64,000 nt of DNA from the human T2T-CHM13v2.0 reference genome, Homo sapiens. The stretch lies in NCBI RefSeq assembly GCF_009914755.1, contig NC_060947.1; one strand, written 5' to 3'. The notes under the pieces are model-generated. The model was not told where the DNA came from. It saw only the letters and a program-made list of their open reading frames with translations, and ran no database searches. Positions 14,686 through 28,383 of this stretch are shown here, piece by piece; the stretch's first letter is position 1, and every line of letters starts with the position of its first letter. The translations under genes and the position numbers were made by a program.

Positions 14686-15195
14686 CAATAGCAAAGACAT
14701 GGGATCAGCCTAAACACTTGTTATTATCAATGGTGGGCTGCATAAAGAAAATGTAGTACATATATACCATAGAATACTATGTAACCATAAAAAAGAATGA
14801 AATGATGTCCCTTGCAGCAATATGGATGGAGCTGGAAGCTATTATCCTAAGCAAATTAACATGGGAACAGAAAAACCAATACTGCATATTTTCACTTTTA
14901 AGTGGGAGTTAAATATTGAATACCAGTGGACACAAAGAAGAGAACAATAGACACCAGGGCCTACTTGAGGGTAGAGGGAGGAAGGAGGGTGAGGATCAAA
15001 AAACTACCTATTGATTACTATGCTAATTACCTGGATGATTAAGTAATCTGTACACAAAACCTCCACAACACTCAATTTACCCATGTAACAAACCTGCACA
15101 TATACCTCCTGAACCTAAAAGTTGGAAAGAGAAAATAAAATATCAAGAAGAAATGTTAAAAAATAAAATATAAAATAGTATTACACTCTGAAAAA
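14686..15195 (+). mobile_element. 5'-truncated older L1 3' end (L1PA15/16-like)
   Basis: gggcctacttgagggtagagggaggaaggagggtgaggatcaaaaaactacctattg; degenerate TSD aagaagcagtgc / aataagcggtgc. Confidence 0.88.
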
Positions 15196-16289
15196 TAAGC
15201 GGTGCTTTCTAGCTCTAAATTCTAAGACGAAGCTCTAAAATCAGAAGCCTCACCCTTCTCTCAATCTTGCTTTCAGCATCCCAAGACAGTTTAAGTAATG
15301 GTGGGAAATTTTTTCATTTACCCATTGCCTGTAGGCAGAAGGCTTTGGTCAATTACCCAGCAAGAGAAATGCTTAGAGCTAAGTGTGCCAGGAATCTTGC
15401 AGCAAGTAAGTGGCTGGATGAGTCCATTATCTGGAGATTCCAATCAGCACAAAACACAACATTGCAGGAAAATTCTAAAGAACTTGTGGAACAAGAGGAA
15501 TGCAATATATTTCAAGATGTAAAGTTAGATGCAGTGCTTAAATTAAATTACTTCTTTATATATAATAAGCAAAAACAATTTGGATTATCAAGGCGGTTAT
15601 TTTGGAGGTGTTCCGCTAATTAAGAATGAGCTAATTATTAACTCATATCAATAGAGTGCTTACTGTAGATTTAAAAATTCATAATTTTCTGATAGGGAGA
15701 CTCCTACGCAAGTAACATGTCCTCTTCTTCCATTTGTTATTCGAGATGTTTTTTAATGGCTCATTTAATAATGTATGACCCTTATACTACTTTTATTTAC
15801 TCCAATTACAGAGAAAATGGTATAAAAATCAGTTGTAGCACAGTTCACATGATAAATTCTACTCAAAGCCCAAGTCTGGCATTGTGAAAGGCAATTACGT
15901 GATATTTTGACAATTATAAGGAAGTCTTTAATTGTGCCTTACATTGCATAATGGCATTCCAAGAGAAGGAGAAGGTGCATTTTCATGAGAAATTAAGGAG
16001 GACGACAGAGAGGAAAGGAAAACGAATATCTTTTATTTGTTAGAGAACAAATCTAAGGATTAGAAACAAAAACTTCTTTGTCTACTAACATCATGGTTGG
16101 AGTCACAATTATGAATGAGAAGCTTAAGAGAGAAGAATGGGACCCAGAAAGACCCAGGGAATGGAGGTGGTGGGGAGTGCACTGCAGCCTAAAAAAAGGT
16201 GTCCAGTGAAGTATGAGTCTCACAATCTTGGGAATGTATTCCCAGAAAATAAAGGTGAAATGTCAAAGAGACACATATAAGAAATATAA

Positions 16290-16960
16290 ATATTACAGAG
16301 GACTGGTCCAGGAGACACAATATCTGAGTAATAAAAGATCCACAAAGATAGAAAAAAGAAAACAGAGGAAAGAAAATAACCATAGGCTTATGGGTTTGAA
16401 CTTCGAATTCTATCAATCAAATGTGAGGTCTAAATAAATATATTTTCAAAAAGTCAACAATTCAGAAACTGCCTCACACACACGTTTCCTAGGAGTTTAC
16501 TTAATGATTTTCTCCAACAAAATAAGAGGGTCATAAAAAAGAAAGAGTGCTCTTGACAACCATGAAATGTAAAAGTAAAGGGCAGAGGGCAGAATGTGAA
16601 AGGGACAGAAGTGAAAGGAAGGAGAGAATTGCAAAATAAATGTCCTTGTAAGCATGGAGTCTTGACCCAAGAAGAGATGGAAGTTGAAGTACAGTGGCTG
16701 AAGTTGCAGAAGCAACGAACAGAGAACTTAGTAGTGACATACATTTTGGCAGAAGAGACAAGAGGAAAGATGAGGGTAGGGCACATGAACTATTACAGCA
16801 AAAGACGATAGAGGATCTCCTAAGATAAAAATTTAAATAATGGTCAAGCTAGTATATGGAGACAGAGAAATAGCCAGAAGAATTTAAAACAAATATGAAG
16901 AGGGTAGAAGGGGATAGAGAAACATTGGAGAGAAGGCTGTTGATCTTTATCAGAAACCCA
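16290..16960 (+). mobile_element. Ancient L1ME/HAL1-like ORF1 remnant
   Basis: A-rich; ccaggagacacaatatctgagtaataaaagatcc...agaaaacagaggaaagaaaata resembles old L1 ORF1. Confidence 0.5.
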
Positions 16961-17586
16961 TCTGTACATTTGAAGACATTTATATTTTTTTAACTTCAAA
17001 AGGCTTTTAATTTAGATAAATGGAGTAAAGTCAACCTTTATGGTATTTCTGTCCTCTTCTCCAGTGTGCTGTTATATTCCAGGTCTAGCCATCCACCTAT
17101 TAAGAATCTGGACACCTTGGACTCCTCCTGTTTACTCCTAAGAACTCCAGGGAATCTGTTCATTCATGATACCCTCCAGTCTTGTATGTCTGCATTTTCT
17201 CGAGAGTCTTTAGGATGTGGTCTTTGCAGCACTCTCAGCATGTCAATTCTTTGTTGCTCTTCTAACAAAATTCATTCCCCTCTAACATTTAATTACTCTA
17301 ATTTTCCAGTTGATCTGATGTGTTTAATGTGAGTTATATAAATTTCTCATATGAATGATTGAATGTTGATGGTCTGATTTATCTTCCAGTCATATTAAAA
17401 CCAGCTAATTTTCTCTTCTCAGAAAATTGTGAGTGTTTGGGTGGTATTTAATTATTATTGGCTGACATATTTAAGCTCCAGGGTGAGTATAAAGATATTT
17501 TCAATTTAATAGGTTTAAGATGTCATCATTCCATGCTGATGAATTTCTACTTGTTAGGAGAAAATCTTCCAGAATTAATGAACCTA

Positions 17587-17979
<393 letters not shown>

Positions 17980-20574
17980 CTAAAACAAACACACCCCCAA
18001 CATGAGCAAATGAACATCTGAAAGCTGAATAAATGCAGACATAAGCAGCCTAGGGACAAGTTTACTAAGAGCTTTTGAAATGTTTTCAGTACAGCCTATA
18101 ATAACATAAACACTTTAAATCTGATTTATTTGAAAGGATTTGTGTGAAATACCACTCATAGCTTCCTCACACAGGATATATCTCCTCCCACCTCTTACAG
18201 TCCAGAAACAGTAACTCAACTCATTAAATATTAGGTTGAAAAAGATTCAATTAAAAAAAAAAACTTTAAAAGCAACCCAACAATAAAGTAAAACAACCAT
18301 GCAATAGTCCAAAAGGATTAACAACATAATTAATTATTATTCTAATATCAAATGCCATATATAGAAGCAGGCTTGGTGCTGCAGTACACTTGTACCAATG
18401 TGACACAGTTTTTTGCCTAAATGTTTGGTCTTCAGATTACCTAGTGAGAGCATTTTTCTCTTTGTTTATTTCGTTTGCCTGGTTCTGGGCACTGTCCTAC
18501 CTTATTGGATGCTTGGACTGTGCATTCCCTTCATTGCCTAGAATAAGACTGAGTAAATAAAACATTATAAGGGACTTTAGGGATCATCCATTGGAACGCT
18601 CTAATTTTACATCATAGGAAACCTGGGAAGGTAAAGGGTTGGCCCCAAGGTCACCTGGCTGCTTAGTAAAGACATCCAGCACAGGGGCCACAGTACATGG
18701 TAGGCAGTCAAATATCTTATTACCCAATAAAGAAATAACTACTTAGGTAAGATTAACAGGAATTCCTACCCTGGGTAATACATTGGGCACCCAATGTAAT
18801 CCTTGAATCTCTAGAAAACTACAAAAGTGTATGGCTATGTGCAAAGGCCTATTTTTCCAAGTAGATAATATACAATGTCAACAGAGTAACAAATTGATCT
18901 GTGATCAAAGAAAATGTTAAGAATCACTACTTTAGAACAAATAAAAATGCAGCCCTACAAACAGAACTCTTGGCCTTACAGATGGTATAACCTGCTATGA
19001 TAACCCTGTTCTGTGTGCATGTGTGTATGCATGCGCATGCACGGCACACGAAAATGCACCAGATGAGGAAAAGTATTACCCACAAACAGGCACGCTATCA
19101 CGTATCCTTTAACTCTCTACTCAGCCATTTCAAATATATACATTCACATATATAGGACCTCTATAAAGTCCTTGACTGCCTTCACCCTTCAATAACACAA
19201 TGGTTAAGTATGACAGAGCATTCTGTAAATGGCATGTAAAGAAAAATTTACTACATTTTAAAGTGATAGCACTGTGCATTTGAACATAACACTATTATTT
19301 CAAATCATGTGAACAAATGAATAATGGCTATCATAAACAGGAAGGTATAAGCTGTGCCTTTTGGCAAGAATTTTGGTCCTTATAAGCTCTAAGAAAAAAA
19401 ATCCAAAACACTTTAAATGACATTTGCAGATGGTTTGTATCCTGTCTACCACCAGTTTAGCTTTTCACCAAATTGTATACTCAAGAGCTGGAAGAAACCT
19501 TATAGGTCACATGGGCTGACCTCCTACCCTCTTGAGGAGACCCTTTCATAGCACTTGACAGCCTGTGAACACAGACTGGCCTGAATTGGACAATCAGCCA
19601 GAACAATAGACAGCCAACTTGGTTCATAACTGTTTTACTGTTTTCACACTGCTTTATAAAATGATTTGGAATACAGTTTTCTGAAAAAGTATTATAAGCA
19701 TTTATTGCATTTTTTCGTAGAGTCCCTTTAAAACTAGGATAAATAATTCAAATGGAATAATGTCAAAGAAATTGCAATAAACGGGGGTGATATGCACTCC
19801 AAGGCAGTTGGCAATCAGTGTACAACAACATTCATACTAATTGTAGCTTTTATTAAGTAGAAAACCAGTACTCCATTCACAGAGTTAACATTGGCTTTGT
19901 ACTTCACTCTCATTACTCATTTCAATATATAAGCAAAATAATGAGTTATTAAATGTCCTCAATCTACTCTATTAATATAATAGAACTCCATGCTTATTTG
20001 CTGAGTTCATGGAGCTAGAGATGACGGTTGTCCAAAGCTGTTTCATGGGACTAAAAAAAAAAAAAAAAAAAACCACTTTTCTCCAAGGACATCTAATGGT
20101 TCTATTTATTTCTTATTTTGCCCAATGAGTTCTCCAACTTCACAGAAAATAAGTGCCTAAGAAACTCCCTTGTGCCTATACCTTATAGAAACACTTGAAT
20201 GCTGATATAAAGCCTTAGATCCAGGTCCAGACCTCAAAGGTAGCGCTTACTACTTTCTACCTATGAATTTCACTCTTACAAAGCACGTTTATTATATGCT
20301 TAGAAGCTGCTGGACAGCTAAACCCCTATTAACTTCAACTATGCATGCTCACACCACTCTCCCCTTCTACCCCTAATACCTCAACCCTAACCCCAGTCTA
20401 GCTCTGGAAATAAGCATTCAAGAAACCCTGTATGACTTTGAATTCCAGAAGGATGGCAAAGCCTTTCTAATGACCAAATGTCTCATGCAATACATATTAG
20501 TTAGTCTAAGTAATAACATTCACCACTTAGTTGCATGACATTTCTTCCTAAATATTGATGCAGTTATTAAACAG

Positions 20575-20720
20575 AGGTGTGGCCAGAGCATGGTCACCGA
20601 GATTCCTGACCTAGTCCCATATCTGGCCTTGTGACTGTAGATAAATCATTTCACTATAGTTCCATTCCTCCATCTGAAAAAAAGAGATAATGTACTGCCT
20701 TTATAACTATCAACTTCCTG
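20575..20720 (+). mobile_element. MIR SINE
   Basis: tgtgactgtagataaatcatttcact...ttcctccatctgaaaaa...gataatgtactgcc core. Confidence 0.65.
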
Positions 20721-22259
20721 GAAGTTTGAGTTTTGAGTTCTCCAGAGAGGGAAGGTGCACAGTGGAATGGAACCAACAACATATAGCAGGAGGCAAGACT
20801 TTGGTCTCAGCTCAATCACAATCTGGGTGGCCTTTATCCCACTAAAGGCCACTTCTTTACTGAAACATTGGGAAGTGATCCCCAAGAGCCCTTCTGGCTT
20901 TGCCAGTATCAGACTGTGGACTAAGTATTAGGGAAGAGTTCTGGGAAGCCCTTGAACGTGGCCTAGCTCATCTTATCAGGAATTCAATATGAAAGAGAAC
21001 ATATATGGTCCTGTGTGTTCATTTCTCAGTATTAGATGTGATGTCCTTTCTTTACATGTATGTAACTTCTTAACCTCTATGTACCCTGTGCTTTTTTCAC
21101 TTCCAGAGTGCACTGGAATAGTTCTTTGAATACTCCGTTGAGGAATCAAACATACAGACACACACTGCACACACATAAGCAGATCCCTCAGAAAAACAAC
21201 TCTGAGAAGCTTAGATTAAGAAGTAGCTGGTCTCATTTGCATACTCAGGAAAGAAAATTGTATGTGGCACAACAAACAGCCATTCCTTTCCTGATCTTGC
21301 AAAATAATCAACATTACAACCATGTGTACATGTATGTGCATGCATCTGTTTAGTAGCCTTGAACTACATTAACATGCTATGATCTGGTATTTCTCTCATC
21401 AGTTCCTCTGGAGAGGAGCAGCAAAGCTTAATGCAAAATTTAGTCCAAACTTTTAACACAGTGTTTCTGACAACTCTAGAGATTTATAGCCTGAATGTAG
21501 AATTATTCTGCTGTTCTTTTATTTCTCATTCAAATGCAAAGAAATTAATTTTCTGGTCATAATTTCAGTACTTCAGGGATATTACCAGGACAGAAGTAAA
21601 AATAGAAAACCAATAGATTGTCAAGTCCTATGGCTGAGTGTGACTAATAGCTATAGTGTCACAGATGTAATAATCTAATAAAGCCTCTGTACTCAGGGTC
21701 AAATGACATTAGTGCTTAGGAAAGATGTAAGTCTGGTTGCAGCAGCAGATTGCAATCAGCAACTCAGCATTAAAGACGGCAGTTCCTATTGTGTCCTCCC
21801 ACTTTTATACCCTTACCACATACCTTTTTCTTCTCCAGTACTCTCTCCCTCCCCTCTGTTGATTCTTACTCTCGCTCTATCCTTGCAAAGCTAGAACAAG
21901 TTGCACCCCACCATTAAGATTTTCTAAGATTTCTCGACCTAAACTGCAATGTATCCTTTCCTTCAAGTCATAATACAGATAGAGTGAATTTAAGTTACTT
22001 TTGCCTCTCTAACTAGACTGTGAGGTTCTGAGGGAAAATTTCTTTCTTTGCCACGTGTTTTCACATTTTCTGCAATGTCTGGCCTTGTCCTGAGTTATTT
22101 CAAGTATGTCATGCATTATTTCCTGAGCAAATCTATTTTCTTCAATGTTTGTATCTACCAAATGAGATAGGAAAATTACTCTGAAGTTCTCTCCAGTTCT
22201 CCTATTTCATGATGGTACAGATTTGTACTCTGATGGTCTAGTACCACACTGCAATGGGA

Positions 22260-22400
22260 GATGGTAAGATATTAGGGCAGGAATCGCTAAGAGCAGCATT
22301 CCAGGCAGAGAAAACAGCACAAGTAAAAGCCCTTAGACGGAAAGTATTTGGCATGCAAATGGAACAAAAAGAAGTCCCAGAGTTATAGGAGGAGGTAAAA
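22260..22400 (-). mobile_element. L2 LINE fragment
   Basis: gcattccaggcagagaaaacagcacaagtaaaagccct, typical antisense L2 3' region. Confidence 0.7.
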
Positions 22401-23153
22401 AATAAGAAAAAAAAATATGTCAGACAGGTTGTCAGACAGTTCACCAACATTAAACAGAGCTGAGATGCAGAGGTGTTGTGTTTTAAATACAGCTATTTTA
22501 TCCACAGCCCTATAGCTACAGGTGAAGGGAAATTAGAAGAAGAGAAAATCCTATTCTAGCTTAATAGGAAATCCAGACTATTTGAGTACCTTTACACACG
22601 TTATCCCATCTTTTTAGAGTTGCATTAGTCTATTAAATCCTTTGTGAAATCAGAGGCAATGCAAATAGGGTTACAGTATTATTTAAATTACCAAAGTCTG
22701 AGAGTTTAGGATAAATATGTACAAATAGGTAGAAAGGCAGGAATTTATCAACTTGATGGATTAACAGGTCATCAGAAGCCCAAACTGATAGCTTCCAGTA
22801 CCAAAAATTTCCATATGATTAAGAACCAAATTCACTATAATGTAGTTTATTTGGTTCATACGAAATTTTCAAACATGCAGTCTCTAGGGAAAACCATCAA
22901 AGGGTTTCTCTTGGTGCTCTAGATGCTATGGAGCTTTAAACTACGTGATGCCTTTCATCTAGCAAGAAACAGAATGAATTTATGATGCTATGAAATTTCC
23001 TCTTCCACAATGGTGACAGACTCATATAAAGGCTAACTCTTTGAGTTCATAAGATTGCATAATCTTATGCAATCTTATGATACTCAGGGTACTCAGAAGA
23101 GAGTACTGCTGATTGCTGGGCCTTTGAAGTAACTATAGGACTGGGTCAAAAAT

Positions 23154-23701
23154 TATGCAAGGCAGCCTTTAAGATGGCCCCCAACAGTCCTTATGTTCTG
23201 GTATTCACACCCTTGTGCAATCTCCTCCCCTTGAGGGTGGACTGGTCTTACTGACTAGTTTCTATCAAAGAGAACACAGTAGAAAGGACAGGATGTTGCT
23301 TCCAAGATTGAGTTACAAAAAGACTGGCTTCCATTTTGACAGACTTCTCTTGCTATTACTCACTCTGAAAGAAACTAGCTGCCATGTTGGGAGCTGTCCA
23401 ATGGAGAAGCCCAGGTGGCAAGGAACTGATGTCTCCAGCCAACAACCAGTAAGGATCTGAGGCCTGCCAATAGCCACATGAGTGATCTTGGAAGCAGATC
23501 TTCCTCAAGGTGCTCCCTGCAGATAATACAGCTCTGGCAAACAACTGGATCATAGCTTCCTAGGAGACCCTGTGCTACAAGCCATTCAGATAAGCCACAC
23601 TCACATATTCCACATCCACAGAAACTTGGAAATAATAAATGTGTATTATTTTAAGCTAAGCTTTGAAGTAATTTCTTATAAATCAATATATAGCTAATAC
23701 A
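23154..23701 (+). mobile_element. MaLR LTR (MLT1E/F-like)
   Basis: aagatggcccccaa...ctggtattcacacccttgtgcaatctcctccccttgag ... aataaatgtg...agctaataca. Confidence 0.85.
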
Positions 23702-24330
23702 GACATCCATTTGGAAGAGTAACCAATACTAAGTACTGGGGACAGCCTCCTGTAGCAATTTCCTTCTTCACTACAAAGTCTCAAAAGCTCTTCAAAATTA
23801 ACAAACGAATACACAAGCTCTAGGTTATCAAGAAGCCATAACATATGCCAAAGTACAATGTACTTTCCCCTGTGTCCATTTATTTTCTACAACAGTGTCA
23901 GAACCATTAGAAGGAAATCACACCTGACTATTAAGTTAAGAGAACTAATCAATAATATTGACTTGATGTTTGTGTAGCCTAGAGCTATCTGACTTTGGTG
24001 TAACTATTTATCTTGGGAGAACCAAATTTTAACTGCTGGCCCAATGTTAAATATAATCCTCCTATATTTTACCTACCCTAATCTGTGAGCTGAGCAACCC
24101 ATTCTCCAGTATACAGCATGATGAATTTTTTAAAAATCTATACTATGTAGCTTGTAGCTGCAGCTAACTAGTGAAGCCAGCAATAGGACCAGAATGGAAG
24201 CTAGACAGGAAAGAATCACCAGGATTTCATTTTCAGATATACTACAAAGAAGGCAAAAAGCTGCCTCAGGTTGGCCAGATGAGTTTTGCTTCTAGTGTTG
24301 CACTCAGCATGTTAGAGTATATCTGCCCCA

Positions 24331-25051
24331 ATATAGTTTGGATGTATGCTCCCTCCAAATCTCATGTTGAAATATGACCGATAATGTTGGAGGTGGGCCT
24401 AGTGGAAGGTGTTTGGATTATGGGGCGGATCCCTCATGAATGTTTTGGTCCTTGCAGTAATAAATGAGTTCTCACTCTGAGTTCATGTGAGATCTAGTTG
24501 TTTAAAATAACCTTGGCTGGGTGCGGTGGCTTACGCCTGTAACCCCAATACTTTGAGAGGCCAAGGCGGGCAGATCACTTGAGACCAGTAGTTCTAGACC
24601 AGGCTGGACAACATGATGAAACCTCGCCTCTACTAAAAATACAAAAAAATTAGCCAAGCATGGTGGTGTGTGCCTGTAGTCTCAGCAACTCAAGAGGCTG
24701 AGGTGGGAGAATCACCTGAGCCCAGGAAGTTGAGGCTGCAGTGAGTCGTGATCATGTCACTGCACTCCATCTTGGGCAACGGCAGTCAGACTCTGTCTCA
24801 AACAAAACAAAACAAAAAAAGAGCCAGCCACTTCCTCCCTTGCTTGCTCCTGCTCTTGCCATGTGACACGCCTGCTCCCCCTTTGCCTTCCACTATGATT
24901 GTAAGCTTCCTGAGGCCTCACCAGAAGCCAAGCAGATGCTAGTGCCATGCCTCTATTTGCCTGCAGAACTCTGAGTGCAAATAAGTCTCTTTACTTTATA
25001 AACTACCCAGTCTGACGTATCCCTTTGTAGCAACCCAAAATAGACTAACAC
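24331..25051 (+). mobile_element. MaLR LTR (MSTA/MSTB-like) interrupted by an Alu
   Basis: tatagtttggatgt...ccaaatctcatgttgaaat ... gtaagcttcctgaggcctcaccagaagc...agactaacaca. Confidence 0.9.
24515..24820 (+). mobile_element. Alu (AluJ-like) with (CAAAA)n tail
   Basis: Full dimer inside the MST LTR. Confidence 0.95.
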
Positions 25052-25399
25052 AGCCCCCAAATATTTTATTTTGTTTTTAAGGATTAACCTTAATGAAAAC
25101 CCCTCTGAACTTGCCCTCCATTCTCTCTCTTGATTAGTCACTTTCTGAAGGAGTAGAGGAAAATCATGTACAATCGCTGTTGTTAATATACACTTGACTT
25201 TTTCAAGCTAGGCTGAGCCCAGGTATTGAAGAAAGTTAGTTAAATGACATTTCAGAAGCTTAGTCATCCTGAATAAATATTTTCTTTTCGACTAAGTTTA
25301 AGCAGAAAACATAATTGCACTTAGGTAGAAAGGCATAAAAATCGACAACAAGCAAAATCATTTGCCTTATCAATGCTACCACAACCATTCATAAAGTAC

Positions 25400-26022
25400 A
25401 AAGTGCTTCTGTATGCTGACAACTAAAAGCATCTACCTCCTTACAGCTCACTGTCTGCATGGACAAGATTCTACTCTTTGGTTGTCTTCAGTAATATAAT
25501 TTTATTATTCTACCATACCCATCAACATAACTTTACTAGTCCAGGTAACTCTTGCACAGGAAGGAACAAATGCAAATAACTGTTCATTTCAGAAACTTCT
25601 ACTGTACCCATCAACATAACTTTACTAGTCCAGGTCATTCTTGCACAGGAAGAAAGAACCTGAAAATAACTGTTCATTTCAGAAACTTCCAGAAGAAATA
25701 TTCAAATGAACAGCAAACAGACATTCAGCAGATGATAGGATTAAAATCAAAGCTCTTCCCTCAAAAGCTTCCCCTAGTTGTGTCCACCAATCAAAACTAT
25801 TCTATCATGATCCTTACCCAATCCTGATCAAGCTTCTACATTCAAAGAGCTACCTTAAATCACACTCCAAAACCTCATAAATATCCAGACTGTGCATGCC
25901 CCTCCATCATGCTATTAAGACTCTGTCAAGGTAGTGCTCCTCCTCACCACAGTCAGGATAAACTCAATTTTGCCTTAGCAACAGATTATTCCGGTGGCAT
26001 TTTTGAGGACCCAGAATTAACA
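25400..26022 (+). mobile_element. Old ERV1-type solo LTR (MER90/MER110-like); 5' boundary uncertain
   Basis: 3' end gataaactcaattttgccttagcaacagattattccggtggcatttttg...ttaaca; upstream ccaatc and cataaata. Confidence 0.5.
25508..25689 (+). repeat. Tandem duplication, ~89-bp unit x2
   Basis: tacccatcaacataactttactagtccaggt...aaataactgttcatttcagaaacttc repeated head-to-tail. Confidence 0.95.
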
Positions 26023-26059
26023 ATACTCCTAACTCCTTCTACTCTCACAACAGCCCCTT

Positions 26060-26160
26060 TAAGAAGCTGGAACAGATCTTAGCTCCATTTTATAGTTAAG
26101 GAAACGAAAGTTCAGAGGAGTTAAGTAATCTGCCAAATCAAAGATCATGAGCAGTGGAAG
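26060..26160 (-). mobile_element. MIR fragment
   Basis: ccattttatagttaaggaaacgaaagttcagaggagttaagtaatctgcc. Confidence 0.7.
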
Positions 26161-27930
26161 AATTTTTTTAAATAGAAGAAAACAGAATAAGAGACTTCTT
26201 AATACCAAGTATGAGATCTTAGAAGTCGACCTGTACATACAGGGGAATAAAAGATCTTGAAGACCAGAAGGGACAGATAAAAATAGAAAAGACATAAACC
26301 CAGGCCTCCATTCTCTTCAAGAGTGCATTTAGATACAGAAGGATGTTTAAATTGTTAAAGATGACAAAGGATGACCAGTACCCAAGAAGCTAACAATTGA
26401 AATGAGGCAAGAATTTAAACATTGGAATGGAGTGACTCCAATTCCCATTTCTTACAGAAGCCAAGAAAGAGAAAATTATTAAGAAGCACATGGTGGAGCT
26501 GCAGAAGAAATGTGGCGGTAATTGGGAAACTGGCAATTAGGAAATCACTTCTTGAAAATTAAGATAAAAAATATAGATGAATGAGAAGGAAAGTGCAGAA
26601 ATATCAGTATAAAATACTAACAAGACTTACTAGATGATTTTCTAGTGACAGTTATTGTAGGTGGACATATATTAGTTACATGTTTCCTAAGGCCACATGG
26701 CAGAAAAATTTATGGAATTAGTGTCCAGAGGAAAGGCACATCAAAGATAAAAACATGATAAAGAAGAGCCAAATGGAAGAAGTACAGACAAAAACGAGGC
26801 TTGGTTTTGTTTACTGTGGATAGTCTGATGAAGTTCATGAAAAGAAAGCAGGATTTAGTTGAAGAATGGATGCTTTTAACAGACATAAAACATATCATTT
26901 CAGAGGTGTCACTATAGTTAGGCCTCACAAACAAGATCATATTTAAAAAAATAAAGATCTAGACCAGAAAACCAGGAGAATCAGAAGAAAGAAGGCACTG
27001 AAACCTGGTACATAGAACTAGCCCAACATCAGAAAAAGACACTGACAAATGTAAGGAATTAAAATTTTAAATTCAGCTAAGCCCTCCTGAAAATCAGTGA
27101 GGGATTACAAGAGGGAACTGAAGTATTACAGGCAGCAACCACCACTGCAGATTAAGGCACAGCAGAAAGACATGGAATAGGGAAAAGCTGAAGGAAAACT
27201 GTCAAGGATTATGTTGGAACAACATCACTTACTTAGAAGTCTGTTCTAAGTAACACAACTCCCCAATTAAGTGAGGAGTTTAAGATGCCACCTCTCCCCA
27301 GAACCGTTTTTCACAGGCCCAAAAGAAATCCACAAAAAAGGCAGGGCCAGCAAACCCTATAGCAGCAAAACCTATACCAGCTCAGAATTGCAGAATTCAC
27401 AGCGAAAATGGAAAGGAGCTGCACCCATCACCAATATCCCAACTTTGCAAGAAGGTAGTACTCTCTCATATACTCAAAATGGGCATTGGTATCTGCTTCT
27501 TCCTTACACTTATTTAGAGCATTTTACCAAGGACCTTTATTTCTCTGTAATTCTTTGATGCCCTGCTGTTCTGAACAGAGGCAATCCAATCCAATTCCGA
27601 ACTACTCATTTTCCACTGAGGCAAAGGTGTTTAGAAAGAAATGAATCAAATATATAAACTAATTATAAGAAGGGAAAGGTTCTCAGACGGTGATACCCTT
27701 ACAAATGGGATGATCAAATTGCCCCCAAAGTACTTCCCAGCTCACACACACTTCCCCTTTACTCCTTTTATATTGCCTAATTTGGCCTGTCTCCTCCTGG
27801 TTTTCTGTGAACTCATGAAGCTCATATGCCTAAGACTTTGAGCTATCATTTTGCAGGCTGAGAAGCTACGACTAATAAATTCGTAGTTAAAACACCTGCA
27901 GTGGAGCCCAAATCTCCTGCATTTTGGTGA

Positions 27931-28383
<453 letters not shown>

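Noticed and set aside
20371-20395. ccctaa-like telomeric motifs
   Set aside because: Only two non-adjacent units; not an interstitial telomere array.
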